64,000 nucleotides of DNA from Candidatus Latescibacterota bacterium (GTDB lineage Bacteria; Latescibacterota; UBA2968; GCA-2709665): NCBI GenBank assembly GCA_965116875.1, contig OZ220733.1, positions 2,720,001 through 2,784,000 of the forward strand, read 5' to 3'. The stretch's first letter is position 1, and the number at the start of each line of letters is the position of its first letter. The notes under the pieces are model-generated. The model saw only the letters and a program-made list of their open reading frames with translations, was not told the DNA's origin and ran no database searches. The position numbers were made by a program, and so were the translations under genes. This document shows, piece by piece, positions 28,713 to 38,272 of this stretch.

Positions 28713-29596
28713 TCCGTACCGCCGGCATCCCAGACCAGGCGCGGGCCGGCGGCGAGCCCTCGGATATGCCCGTTCTCCCTTTCCCGGGGGTACCCCAGAC
28801 AGTGGGAAATATAAGTTACGCCCTCGATTTCGCGAAACCGGTTGCGATGCTGGTGGCCGTAAACGTGTATCTTCGAACCGAGGCGCCGGATCTGCGCATC
28901 CAGGCCCCGGCATCCCGCCACTCGGCTGAAATTGAACGCGGGATGGGGATCTCCCGGCAACTTGCCCAACCACAGCGGCAAGGGGCTGCCGAATATCAGT
29001 TCGCGTCTCGGCAGGAAGTGGCTGAACGAAATCACCGGCGCATCGTAGTCCCGCGATATATTTCGTTCATTCACGCTGAGGAAGTACTCCGCGGCCGGCC
29101 TCGCGGTCTCCGGCCACCTGACGAAATGGTCATCGCTCCACATCGAAAGCGTCTCGTCTTCACCCGCCTTCGGCGCGTATAAACTGCCGGGTCCCTCCTC
29201 GGGTTTCAGATACCAGGAAAAAAGGGGTACGATCCAAACGCCCTTCCCGTTTCCTATTTTGCCGGGTCGCGTCCTCACGTCGAGACGGTCGCACAGGGCA
29301 AGCACCTGGTCGAATTTGCTCAGCGAGCCGCGGGGCGTGCCCGTTCCACGTACCCACAGTTCGTGGTTCCCCGGAACAAAAAACACACCTGCGAACCTGC
29401 AGCGCAAACCCGCCAGCGCCTCTTCCAACCGGTCCATGCGGTCGCTCACGTCGCCTGCCAGAATCAGCACGTCCCGCCGGAAGTGGGACTCTGAGAGCGA
29501 ATTCATCCAGGCCCGATTGAGCGCGGAGTCCACGTGGACGTCGGACAACGCGAAGATGCGCGCCGCTGCTTTTTCGTGATCTCCCATGGCTGTCAA
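28685..29596 (-). CDS. Calcineurin-like metallophosphoesterase
   Basis: SDVHVD, LAGDV, VPGNHE, SHF, YGHQH. Confidence 0.9.
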   Translation of the reverse strand: MTAMGDHEKAAARIFALSDVHVDSALNRAWMNSLSESHFRRDVLILAGDVSDRMDRLEEALAGLRCRFAGVFFVPGNHELWVRGTGTPRGSLSKFDQVLALCDRLDVRTRPGKIGNGKGVWIVPLFSWYLKPEEGPGSLYAPKAGEDETLSMWSDDHFVRWPETARPAAEYFLSVNERNISRDYDAPVISFSHFLPRRELIFGSPLPLWLGKLPGDPHPAFNFSRVAGCRGLDAQIRRLGSKIHVYGHQHRNRFREIEGVTYISHCLGYPRERENGHIRGLAAGPRLVWDAGGTEKRRGESEE

Positions 29597-29671
29597 ACGG
29601 TCCGCACAAAGGAAACGGTTCCGTCCGCCGGCGAGGCGCCGCCCGCGGGTTCCAGGTCGAGATTGACGGCC

Positions 29672-30304
29672 CTATCGTCTCGTCACCCGGCATACCGCCC
29701 GGGAACCGGCGTCGCAGTACCAGAACGCTCCGTCCCTCATCGTCATCCCATGCGGTTCAGGGTAGCCCGCCGGAATCTCGATCTTTTCCAGAATTGCTCC
29801 ATCCGACACGTTCAAACGGTAGATTGCGCGGTGATTGGTTTCAACGCACCAGAGATCCCGGCCCTCCCACGCAATACCGTGCGGACGGTCCCCGGGGGCG
29901 GGGATCGAGTGTACCACTTCGAAGCCGTTCCCGGGTTCCACCTGATAGATCGTTGCCGCCGGGGGTACGGCCATCCACAGGCGTCCGTCCCGGATCTCCA
30001 GTCCGTGCGCCCCGGTTCCGACCGCGCCCGGCGTATCGAAATGTTCAAGGGTCTCGCCTGTTCCGGGATCCACGCGAAGAATCTTCCGGTCATACGTGGA
30101 GGCCAGCCACAGCGCCGGACCCGCGTCCGTGATCCCGCTCCCCCGGTCCGACGCCGTATTCAGCGTTTTCAGGGTTTCACCCGCGAATGAAACCAGGGCC
30201 GCCTGGTTCGTCTTCTGGTCCAGAATCCAGATGCCGTCCGCCGTGGCCTGCATGCCGTTCGGCTGCGGGCCGGGCGCGTAGAACTCGTGTGTGACGTCAA
30301 TCAT
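29672..30304 (-). CDS. Small beta-propeller protein (glutaminyl cyclase/NHL-like)
   Basis: Repeats of P..P.G(L/I/M)...DG.LW (APGPQPNGM, TPGAVGTGAHGL, APGDRPHGIAW, PEPHGM). Confidence 0.7.
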   Translation of the reverse strand: MIDVTHEFYAPGPQPNGMQATADGIWILDQKTNQAALVSFAGETLKTLNTASDRGSGITDAGPALWLASTYDRKILRVDPGTGETLEHFDTPGAVGTGAHGLEIRDGRLWMAVPPAATIYQVEPGNGFEVVHSIPAPGDRPHGIAWEGRDLWCVETNHRAIYRLNVSDGAILEKIEIPAGYPEPHGMTMRDGAFWYCDAGSRAVCRVTRR

Positions 30305-30358
30305 TCGAATCCTCCAGGTTGCCCGGGTTCCCTCGAATTCAACCGGACGACGGCCGGG

Positions 30359-31186
30359 CTATGCCACCCTCGTCTGCGGCATATTCATCAATCCGATGAT
30401 GCTGTCCGGGTGCTCGTCGCGGGTGCTGAAACCCGGCGATTCGCCACGATCGCGGTAGCTCGCGGTACGCACGTACGGCGGTTTCATGTCCGGATATCGG
30501 AAAGACGAAGGATCTGTCTTCAGCTTTTCGATTGCGTTCCTGGCGCCCTCGCGGATGAGCGCGCGGGACCGGGCCGGCGCGAGGTTGACCGCGCTCAGCT
30601 TGGCGCGGCTGTATGCTTCCGCATCCAGGTGTTCCAGTCCGTCGGGAAGGAGCCCGCGTTTCACGCCCACGGTCAAAACGCCTGGCGTGAGCGCTTCTGC
30701 CTCCGCCGCGAACGCGTTTTCGCCCGCCGCGAATATCGTGGGCACCCCGAGCTCCATCGCGCACAGCACCAGTTGCCCGTATTCGCCGATGGAGATTCCG
30801 TTGATCGCATAGTCCACGCACGCGAAACTTCCCGTATGGGTCAGATGGGACCAGGGCGTCCCGGCCTTCGCGTGCTGCCCCACGTATGCCAACCCGTGGT
30901 ACGAATCATCCAGACTCCATGGCCAGATCGGGGCGGCGTGGCCCCGCATCAGTTGCGCGCGTTCGTCCAGGAGTTCGGGATCCATTGCGCCGTGTCCGTG
31001 TCCGTCCACCACCAGGATCTCTTCCGCGCCGCCTTCGCTGAACCCGTCCACCGCGGCGTTGACTTCCAGCGTCAGCAGCCGCTTCGCTTTATCGTAATAC
31101 ATTGCGCCAGGCGTGCACCAGTCCTCGAAATTGAGAATTCCGGCCACGCCTTCCAGGTCCGTCATAATCATCAGTTTCATCGCCAA
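30359..31186 (-). CDS. M55 family metallopeptidase (D-aminopeptidase-like)
   Basis: MTDLEGVAG, EVNAAVDG, VDGHG, GQHAKAG, LTHT, IGE. Confidence 0.9.
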   Translation of the reverse strand: MAMKLMIMTDLEGVAGILNFEDWCTPGAMYYDKAKRLLTLEVNAAVDGFSEGGAEEILVVDGHGHGAMDPELLDERAQLMRGHAAPIWPWSLDDSYHGLAYVGQHAKAGTPWSHLTHTGSFACVDYAINGISIGEYGQLVLCAMELGVPTIFAAGENAFAAEAEALTPGVLTVGVKRGLLPDGLEHLDAEAYSRAKLSAVNLAPARSRALIREGARNAIEKLKTDPSSFRYPDMKPPYVRTASYRDRGESPGFSTRDEHPDSIIGLMNMPQTRVA

Positions 31187-31203
31187 TCCCCTTCATTTTA
31201 CGA

Positions 31204-32400
31204 TCATCGCCGTTCGCGCCCCACCCAGAGGTCGTTGAAGCCGGTTACCGGCCCGTCGTCGTTCGGTCCGCTGGCCAGGTCGAGGCCGCCGAACAGGTAC
31301 ACCGAGTCATCCAGCGCCGCCATGCCCGGTACCCTCCGGACGCCAGGGCACGCCGCGGACTCCGAATAGTCCTTCGAACCGTCGTGCGCCTGCAGGCAGG
31401 TCCACTCCCCGGTGCCCAGATTCAGGCGCCACAGATCGTTCAGTTGCGGCCCGTTCACTTCTTCCGGCATGAAGGTCCCCTGCGGCCCGAACCCGCCGAA
31501 GATATACCATCGATCGCCGATCCGTGCCGAACCCTGGCCGTACCTGGCGGAAGGCCGGTTCATCGCCCTGAAGTCGTTTTCAGCGAGGCAGGTCCATTCG
31601 CACGCGGCCGGATCGAAGCACCAGAGATCGTTATGGAACTGCGGATCCCGGTCCTGCGTGTCCCGCCCCGCCCAGACGTAGATCCGACCCTTCCAGGCCG
31701 TCATCGACATGACGTACCGCTTCGGGGGGCACGCAGCGCCGTCCGCCGCTTCCATCCGTTCCCAGGCCCCGGTCCGGGTATCATAGGTCCAGAGTTGTCT
31801 GCTGAGCACCGCCGTTTCGACCGTCGGGGGAAGCGGCGCCCGGTGGCCCCAACCGCCAAAGAGATAGATCCTGCTTCCGATAACGGCCGTTCCGAATCCA
31901 CCCATTGTCGCCGGACGTCCCCGCCCGGAAAAATCCGGATGCTCCAGCAAAACGCCGTCATCCGGCTCCAGCAGCGTCCAGCGCCCATCTGAAGGGTCGT
32001 ACATCCACAGATCGTTCAGCAGGGTAAACTTCCAGCCTTCGCTCAGGATCGACAACCCGCCGAACAGATAGAACCGGTCGTTGATTTCAACCCAGGCGGG
32101 CAGCATGCGGGCGCACGGCCTGTCTGCCGAGACGTCGAATCCGGCGGCGCCGTCGTTCGCTTCCAGCAGGTCCCATCCCTCAGCCGACGGATCGTACACC
32201 CACAGGTCGTTCAATGCGCCCAACGTGGACTTGTTTCCCTGCCCGGAGGAAGCGCCGTATCTGAGAGTACCGCCTCCGAACATATAAATTCGTCCCCTGT
32301 ACGGCAGCAGTGCGCCCGGCGCCTCTCTGGCGCAGGGCACGTCGCCGCGGGCCGGCTCGAAGTCGGGGTGGCAGAGACGCCAGTTGAATTCCGAAGTCAT
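31204..32400 (-). CDS. Kelch-repeat beta-propeller protein
   Basis: Six Y.FGG...NDLW.YD....W repeats. Confidence 0.9.
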   Translation of the reverse strand: MTSEFNWRLCHPDFEPARGDVPCAREAPGALLPYRGRIYMFGGGTLRYGASSGQGNKSTLGALNDLWVYDPSAEGWDLLEANDGAAGFDVSADRPCARMLPAWVEINDRFYLFGGLSILSEGWKFTLLNDLWMYDPSDGRWTLLEPDDGVLLEHPDFSGRGRPATMGGFGTAVIGSRIYLFGGWGHRAPLPPTVETAVLSRQLWTYDTRTGAWERMEAADGAACPPKRYVMSMTAWKGRIYVWAGRDTQDRDPQFHNDLWCFDPAACEWTCLAENDFRAMNRPSARYGQGSARIGDRWYIFGGFGPQGTFMPEEVNGPQLNDLWRLNLGTGEWTCLQAHDGSKDYSESAACPGVRRVPGMAALDDSVYLFGGLDLASGPNDDGPVTGFNDLWVGRERR

Positions 32401-32442
32401 TTGAATATCACGCAGCCAATCGCAGCGTAACCCATTGCCCGT

Positions 32443-34143
32443 TCATGGAACAACCGGCAGGTTCAGGTGTGAAGGATAGTTCCGGGAGTGATGAACTTCC
32501 TGTATTGCCGCCACGAGTTTCGTCTCCGCGAGGTCGTTCCCGCCCGAGTTGTGATTCCGGTCGTGGTTCGGAAAATCACTGCTGGTGATTTCAAGGCGTA
32601 TCCTGTGCCCCGCGAGAAACCTGCAGGCCGTGGGCGTCATGCGGATGCGGTATTCGGTCACCGCGTCCGGCGTGATGAAATCCTCTTCGTCCAGCGAATG
32701 GCGATGGCGGGCGCGAACCATTCCGTATGCGACGTCCATCGCCGGACCGCCGGGAACTTCGTCCACGAGCCGTACGAAAAAATCGGTATCCGCCGCCGAA
32801 GTCGCCGCGTAGAGAACGACCTCGGGATATCCCACCGTCTCCACGTCTGTTTCCAGGGTCGGCGTGCGGAAGATCAGGATATCCGGGCGATAATCGAGCC
32901 TCGTTCTGTCCGACGGTTCCGTAAACAGCGCGGTTGACCAGAGCGTGGGAACCGGGTCGTTCGGATCGTACACATAGGTGTCAGGGCTCTCGCCGGCGGC
33001 CGGGGCGTCCAGCAGACGGCCGGACCCCGCGGGCAGGTGCGCATCGCCGTCGCTGTCCAGAAAGTAGGCCGCCCGCGTCGTCTCCTCCGGCGGCCACGTC
33101 GACGCCGTCTTCCAAACCCCGGACCCCATCACGAAGTACCGCACGGCCGGCTCCCGGTCCACCCCGTTGTCATCCCCCTTCAGCCAGCGGTCGAACCAGC
33201 GGATCATCGCGTCCTGGATGTTCAGCTTGGCCGCCGACCCGAAGTCGAAGGGACCCTGTCTGCGGCTGCCCAGGTTGTTGTGGTTCCACGGTCCGATCAC
33301 GAGCCGGCTCTGCGTTCTTGCGTGATCCGTCCGTCCGTGCTTCTGCATCAGCCCGAGGTGGGCCATCGTGCCTCCGCAATGGTCGTACCAGCCGCTGAAG
33401 TCCAGGTTCGGGACCTCCACTTCGCGGTGCACTTCGTCGAATTTCCAGCACCTGCGGTTCGGATGCCTCAACCAGTCCTCAACGTACCCGGAAAGCCCCT
33501 CGGGCAGGTAGAGCGGCAGGTCCAGCCACGGCATGAAATAGAGCCATCGCATATGCTCAACGTTTTCCCAGATTTCCACCGCCTCGTCCCTGTGATGCGG
33601 ACCCGGAGCGCCCTCCCTCCGCCGGATATCCGGCGCCATGGTTCCCATCCACCACTTGACGCGCCGAGCGGGCCGAAAAGACCCCCACCAGTCCACTTCC
33701 GTATTCTCCAATGGAATCGACCATGCGCACATCGCGACCAGGTGCGGCGGGCGCAACTTCGCCAGCATCCACTGCATCCAGGCGTTGTAGGACCCGCCGA
33801 ACGTGCCGACCTTCCCGTTGCAATATCGCTGCCTTGCCAGCCACTCCACGCTCTCGTACCCGTCCTGCGCATCCGGCGTGCCGCCCTCAACGGTATACGG
33901 GATATACGTCCCGTCCGAAGCATAGCGACCCCGTGAATCCTGGGCAACCACGACGTAACCGGACCGCACAACACGTTGGAATCCGCCGTTCGGCTTTCCA
34001 TAAGGGGTCCTCATCAACAGTCCGGGGTACCGCCTCGATCCAGCCGGCCTGAACACGTTCGTGCGCAGCACCACGCCGTCGGACATCGGTACGGGGACGT
34101 CCTTCTCCTCGATGATTTCGGCCGAGCACTCTTTTTCCGTCAT
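32443..34143 (-). CDS. CocE/NonD family serine hydrolase
   Basis: MSDGVVL, RTPYGK, QDSRGRYASDG, GGSY, GWYD, IGPW.H, C-terminal PepX_C-like domain. Confidence 0.92.
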   Translation of the reverse strand: MTEKECSAEIIEEKDVPVPMSDGVVLRTNVFRPAGSRRYPGLLMRTPYGKPNGGFQRVVRSGYVVVAQDSRGRYASDGTYIPYTVEGGTPDAQDGYESVEWLARQRYCNGKVGTFGGSYNAWMQWMLAKLRPPHLVAMCAWSIPLENTEVDWWGSFRPARRVKWWMGTMAPDIRRREGAPGPHHRDEAVEIWENVEHMRWLYFMPWLDLPLYLPEGLSGYVEDWLRHPNRRCWKFDEVHREVEVPNLDFSGWYDHCGGTMAHLGLMQKHGRTDHARTQSRLVIGPWNHNNLGSRRQGPFDFGSAAKLNIQDAMIRWFDRWLKGDDNGVDREPAVRYFVMGSGVWKTASTWPPEETTRAAYFLDSDGDAHLPAGSGRLLDAPAAGESPDTYVYDPNDPVPTLWSTALFTEPSDRTRLDYRPDILIFRTPTLETDVETVGYPEVVLYAATSAADTDFFVRLVDEVPGGPAMDVAYGMVRARHRHSLDEEDFITPDAVTEYRIRMTPTACRFLAGHRIRLEITSSDFPNHDRNHNSGGNDLAETKLVAAIQEVHHSRNYPSHLNLPVVP

Positions 34144-34335
34144 CCTACCCATTCCGGTTGCAGGAAGTTTACAGTGCACTTATTGCGGATAGTGCATCTG
34201 TCCTTGTTTCGCAGGCAGCCCATCGGACCGCAAGTGTTCTGCCCGGGAATTCGGTTGTCCGCAATCGGCCGTCGAGTCGCCGGGCGTACATCCCTTTGAC
34301 GAGTTCACGGCAACGCTCAAGAACGGTCGCCTGTG

Positions 34336-34477
34336 CCCTGAGCCGCTCCCTGAGCTTGTGGTCCCTGAGCCTGTCGAAGGGTCGAAGGGTCGGCGAAGGG
34401 CAGTGAACAACTCCGGACGAGTAACCAAACACGGGCATTTCGACATTTCGACAAGCTCAATGCAAGCATGCTCAATG
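34336..34477. repeat. Cluster of self-nested GA-mismatch hairpin repeats on both strands
   Basis: Triple nest at 34336-34400 (plus); double nest CATTGAGCATG[cttg CATTGAGCTTGTCGAAATG]TCGAAATG at 34477-34436 (minus). Confidence 0.88.
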
Positions 34478-34559
34478 ACCACGTTTTGGCTGACGACGCG
34501 AACGCTGAGATACATGTTGAATCGGCGGATGAATGGTGACGTCTTTCCGGGCCGCGGCA

Positions 34560-36119
34560 CTAAATTCGCATCAATATGTCCCGAAGTCCGTTTACGGCAT
34601 CCCGGAAACCCGAAACGCCGGGCAGCGGCCAGAGGCAGAAGACCCCGTCGAAACTTCGACATCTGAGGTTGGAGAGAATCTCCACGAGTTCCGCGTTGCC
34701 TCCGCCGGGAACCGCCGGGTCCCCGCTCGCCGCGACGACGTCCCTGAAGTCGACGTGCCTGACAGACCGCCGGACCGGCCCCTTGTAGAGTTCCATATAG
34801 AACGGGCTTCCGCCCAACCTCGCGACGGCGGCCGGATCGTATGCCATGTTCAGTCTGGCCGACCCGATCTCTCTGAGCCCTCCGGCGATATCCGACGGAT
34901 TCACACCTGCGGGGTTCCCCACAAGCACGTCCATCCCATTGTCTTCGGCGACCCTGGACAGCCTTTCAAGCGCACGGTTCAGGTTCGCGAGATCGAGGCC
35001 TTCGGGAAGGCGGACGTGCAGGTACTCGGCATCGAGACCCGCTGCAACTGTACAGGCCTCCGCCAGCGTCCCGGCAGATGCGAGCCGCGTGCGCAATACC
35101 ACGACGTTGAGGCCCCGGTCCCCGAGGTGACCGCGAAGGCCGTCGACATTGACCAGATGATTCGTATGCACTTCCACCGATGAAATCCCTGCGGTAGCGA
35201 CCGGATCCAGCGCCATTTCGGGATCGGCATCCACTGCCCACAGCGGCACGCTCAGGGTGAATCCCTCGTCTTTCAGCATGGACGTCAGCGATTCCGCGGG
35301 AGGGGCTGATTCATCGCGCTGGACCGCCCGACGGCCGGCGGTCGATCTCGCGATCTTCTTCCTGTATCCCACGCAGTCGGCGCAATTCGGATTCTCATCC
35401 AGCGCAAAGCCGGGGTCGCGCGACATCTCGCGCCGCATGATGGCCGCGGCCCGGAGAGCGTCGATCAGACGGCACACCGCCGGACCGACCGTACCCACCC
35501 GCATGGCCCCCTCCGTCCTGAACAGCCGATCGAACTTCAACACGCCCCCGCGATGCCCTCCCGGACACCGGCGAATCGTCATCGCGCGGACCTCGCCGTC
35601 TTCGGCCACGTACTTCATTTCCAGTTCGCGGAGATAGGGCAGGTCCAGTTCCGCTTCCACCGTGTGCAGCAGCGTCATCGTATCCAGGTCGCAGCCGACG
35701 TGCAACACCTTTCCGCCGAGTGTGATCAGGCGGCCGTAGGGCGTCTCCGGCCCGTCCGGCGCCGCGCTCTGTTCGTGATCGGACAGGATCTCTTTCGCCC
35801 TTGCGCCGTACCCCGCCACCGGATGATAGGGGTGCCGGCTGCGCATCACGCCCGGCCGCAACCGGAACGTCTCGCTGATCACGCCCATGTCCGATGGGAT
35901 CACGTCCGGATCGAACGTGCGACCGTCCCGGGCGGGATGCGTGGGCATCATCAGGGTTCCGCCGGGCCCCACGACTTCCACAAGCGCGTCGATCACCGCG
36001 TTCGCGCCGCCGTCCACAGGTCCCAGACTGCTCAGGGACGAATGGACCACCACAATCGCGCCTGGCTGCAATCCGAGCGCGGTCAACCCGTCTTCAATGT
36101 CGCGTTGAGTCAACATCAC
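34560..36119 (-). CDS. AAC(3)/YokD-family N-acetyltransferase fused to a xylose-isomerase-like TIM barrel
   Basis: N-half VHSSLSSLG.VDGGA, MGVISETFR, RSRHP, TLLHTVE; C-half MAYDPA, RHVDFRD, PGGG.A...IL..L....FDG. Confidence 0.8.
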   Translation of the reverse strand: MMLTQRDIEDGLTALGLQPGAIVVVHSSLSSLGPVDGGANAVIDALVEVVGPGGTLMMPTHPARDGRTFDPDVIPSDMGVISETFRLRPGVMRSRHPYHPVAGYGARAKEILSDHEQSAAPDGPETPYGRLITLGGKVLHVGCDLDTMTLLHTVEAELDLPYLRELEMKYVAEDGEVRAMTIRRCPGGHRGGVLKFDRLFRTEGAMRVGTVGPAVCRLIDALRAAAIMRREMSRDPGFALDENPNCADCVGYRKKIARSTAGRRAVQRDESAPPAESLTSMLKDEGFTLSVPLWAVDADPEMALDPVATAGISSVEVHTNHLVNVDGLRGHLGDRGLNVVVLRTRLASAGTLAEACTVAAGLDAEYLHVRLPEGLDLANLNRALERLSRVAEDNGMDVLVGNPAGVNPSDIAGGLREIGSARLNMAYDPAAVARLGGSPFYMELYKGPVRRSVRHVDFRDVVAASGDPAVPGGGNAELVEILSNLRCRSFDGVFCLWPLPGVSGFRDAVNGLRDILMRI

Positions 36120-36216
36120 GGCTTTCTCAGGATAATCCGGAATCGACGTTTTCGGCCAGGCAGACCCTTTTGTGTTTTTGTGCCTTTTGTGGCAAATGCC
36201 TTTTGGCGCCCTGTAC

Positions 36217-36912
36217 CTACCGCCATTCGATCAGCGCCTTCGCGTACGCGCGACCCACCAGCCTGGACCCTTCTCGAAGATACGGAATATGATGTCCTGA
36301 CAGGATACAGTCCACGTGCAGCGTGGAAAGCCGTTTCAGGGTCCTTATATACGTGGGTTTGTCGAATTCTTCGCCTCCCTGCCAGCCCAGTTCCGGCTGG
36401 TAGTAGGTATTTCCGCAGAACAACACGTCGCCGGCAAGCCAGATGGTCTTGCCGGTGTGTTCGAATCTGTAGATGACGCATCCGTTGGTGTGGCCCGGCG
36501 CGTGGATGACCTCGAACCGGAATCCGCAAGCCTCTATGGTATCGCCGTCCTCGACCACTCTGTCCACCTTGCAGGCCGGCAGACGGAACCCTGCGGCGTA
36601 CGGAATCGTGCGCGCGTCCGATTGCTCGATCCCATCCGCGTCGCCGGGCCCGGCAATGACGAAGGCACCGCGTTTCCGGATCGCCGCCGCGTTGCCGATA
36701 TGGTCGTAGTGGCTGTGGGTCAGAAACAGATAGTCCACTTTCTCCAGTGAGATCCCCCACAAGGCCATCTGTGCTTCGGCTCGGTCGAGGTCGCCGGGCA
36801 CCGACCCCGAGTCGACCATGATCGTGCCGGCATCGTTATGCAGCACGTAGAAATTCGGATGTTGGGCGTAAGCAAACCCGTCCGCCAGATAGATATTCGG
36901 CAGAATCTGCAT
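36217..36912 (-). CDS. MBL-fold metallo-hydrolase
   Basis: THSHYDHIG, APGHT, AGDV, SGH. Confidence 0.9.
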   Translation of the reverse strand: MQILPNIYLADGFAYAQHPNFYVLHNDAGTIMVDSGSVPGDLDRAEAQMALWGISLEKVDYLFLTHSHYDHIGNAAAIRKRGAFVIAGPGDADGIEQSDARTIPYAAGFRLPACKVDRVVEDGDTIEACGFRFEVIHAPGHTNGCVIYRFEHTGKTIWLAGDVLFCGNTYYQPELGWQGGEEFDKPTYIRTLKRLSTLHVDCILSGHHIPYLREGSRLVGRAYAKALIEWR

Positions 36913-36937
36913 ACCGGCCTCCATGGGCGCTGTGACC

Positions 36938-37200
36938 AACCTCAATTCGAAAAAAGACAACAATCAAATCGGCCACAAAGAGCCCGAATGCGGGTAGACG
37001 GTAGAGGTGAAAAAATCGGGTAGACGCAAGACGGGAGACGGGAGAAGAAACCCTTGCCCGTCTATTCTTCCGACTCGCCTGCGGCATAAGGAAAATCCCG
37101 TTACGGCATCCGATCTCTCCCGTCTAACGTCTTCCTTCTCACCAGGTAGTAGGGTGGGGTGTGGTCCTCTACCCTCTTCCGTCTCACGTCTCCCTGCTTC
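36938..37200. repeat. Dispersed repeat copy 2 plus inverted heptamer tracts
   Basis: GGTAGAC/GGGAGAC-type units (36991-37047) face TCTCCCG/TCTAACG/TCTTCCG/TCTCACG units (37114-37195). Confidence 0.7.
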
Positions 37201-37322
37201 TGTGGGGCCGGGGGGAGAGGTCCCGTTCACGTCCCGTGGGTATCCTGGAAATCCGCAGTGGAATCGCCTTTATCAACTTGCACATGTACGAATTAACGTT
37301 CCCGAAAAACGACGAATCCTGA

Positions 37323-38198
37323 TTAGACGTCCGATATGCCCTTGTATCCGGGAGGAATGAGCCCCCGTTGATGGTCCCTGCAATGCTCCAGGAAGCTGCG
37401 GTCCCTCAACAGGAATCCGGGATCTTCCACGATACACCGGGTGCCGGCATCTATCAGTTCCCTGGCGTTCATATTCGTGACTTTCGCGTCGCCGATCCTT
37501 CCGTACCTCACGAGATCCAGCCTCTGCATCTCGGGCTCCATCAGAAAGTAGTCCCTGGGCACGTTCGGCGTATGCACCTTCTGAACGTGGACGTGAATCC
37601 GGCCACGTTCGTCCGCCACTTCCAGCCGGGAGGGATCGTCCATCAGCGCGTAGGGCGCGTGCCCGTATTCCTCGCAGGCGTGCATCATGGTGCAGCTGGT
37701 CCATCCCGTTCCCAGGAACATGTAATGCGCGTCTATTTCGCCCAGCTTTCCCCAGGCCGTATCCCGTCCGCACGGGGTGAAGCAGCGAACCGCGCCTTCC
37801 GCGAGGTACTCCGCCTGGCGTCCGATCGCACACATCGGATTGCTGGAATCCAGGCATCTCACGGCATCCGGATGATGCCGTAGGACTTCCGTGATCCGAC
37901 CCATCCTCGAGGGTGAGCGTCGAACGTCGAATGCGGGACTTCCGCTGTTGAGCACGTACTCGCAGTGCCACCCGTTGAAATGACACGTGTGCACCGCGAT
38001 CGTGCCCCGGGGCCCTACCGCCTCCAGAAACGCGCCGATCACGGTTTCCGCCCCGCCCTCCACGTACCCCATACTGCTCAGGGAATTGTGAAAAAATACC
38101 GCGTCGCCGGGATTCACCCCCAGGTTCCGCAGGCCTTCGATGATGTCGTTTTTCCTGACGACCGTCTTTCCTTCCGGTGACCAGGGTTTCTTTGCCAT
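37323..38198 (-). CDS. AAC(3)/YokD-family N-acetyltransferase
   Basis: FHNSLSSMGYVEGGA, FD....PSRMGRITE.LR, TMMHACEE. Confidence 0.85.
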   Translation of the reverse strand: MAKKPWSPEGKTVVRKNDIIEGLRNLGVNPGDAVFFHNSLSSMGYVEGGAETVIGAFLEAVGPRGTIAVHTCHFNGWHCEYVLNSGSPAFDVRRSPSRMGRITEVLRHHPDAVRCLDSSNPMCAIGRQAEYLAEGAVRCFTPCGRDTAWGKLGEIDAHYMFLGTGWTSCTMMHACEEYGHAPYALMDDPSRLEVADERGRIHVHVQKVHTPNVPRDYFLMEPEMQRLDLVRYGRIGDAKVTNMNARELIDAGTRCIVEDPGFLLRDRSFLEHCRDHQRGLIPPGYKGISDV

Positions 38199-38272
38199 CC
38201 GTGCAGTCTCCCTGCAAATAAGCAGTCCGTGTACCAATATCAGATTCGTCCACCGCCGCGTCACCCAACCGT

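Noticed and set aside
28132-28929. Repeat-protein ORFs (LLSYLTTLRSLLAFC, KGEERVKSSE)
   Set aside because: They are translations of the 45-nt array in several frames and overlap real genes.
34560-38198. Aminoglycoside and beta-lactam resistance genes
   Set aside because: Only family-level AAC(3)/YokD and MBL motifs are visible; many members of these families have no resistance role.
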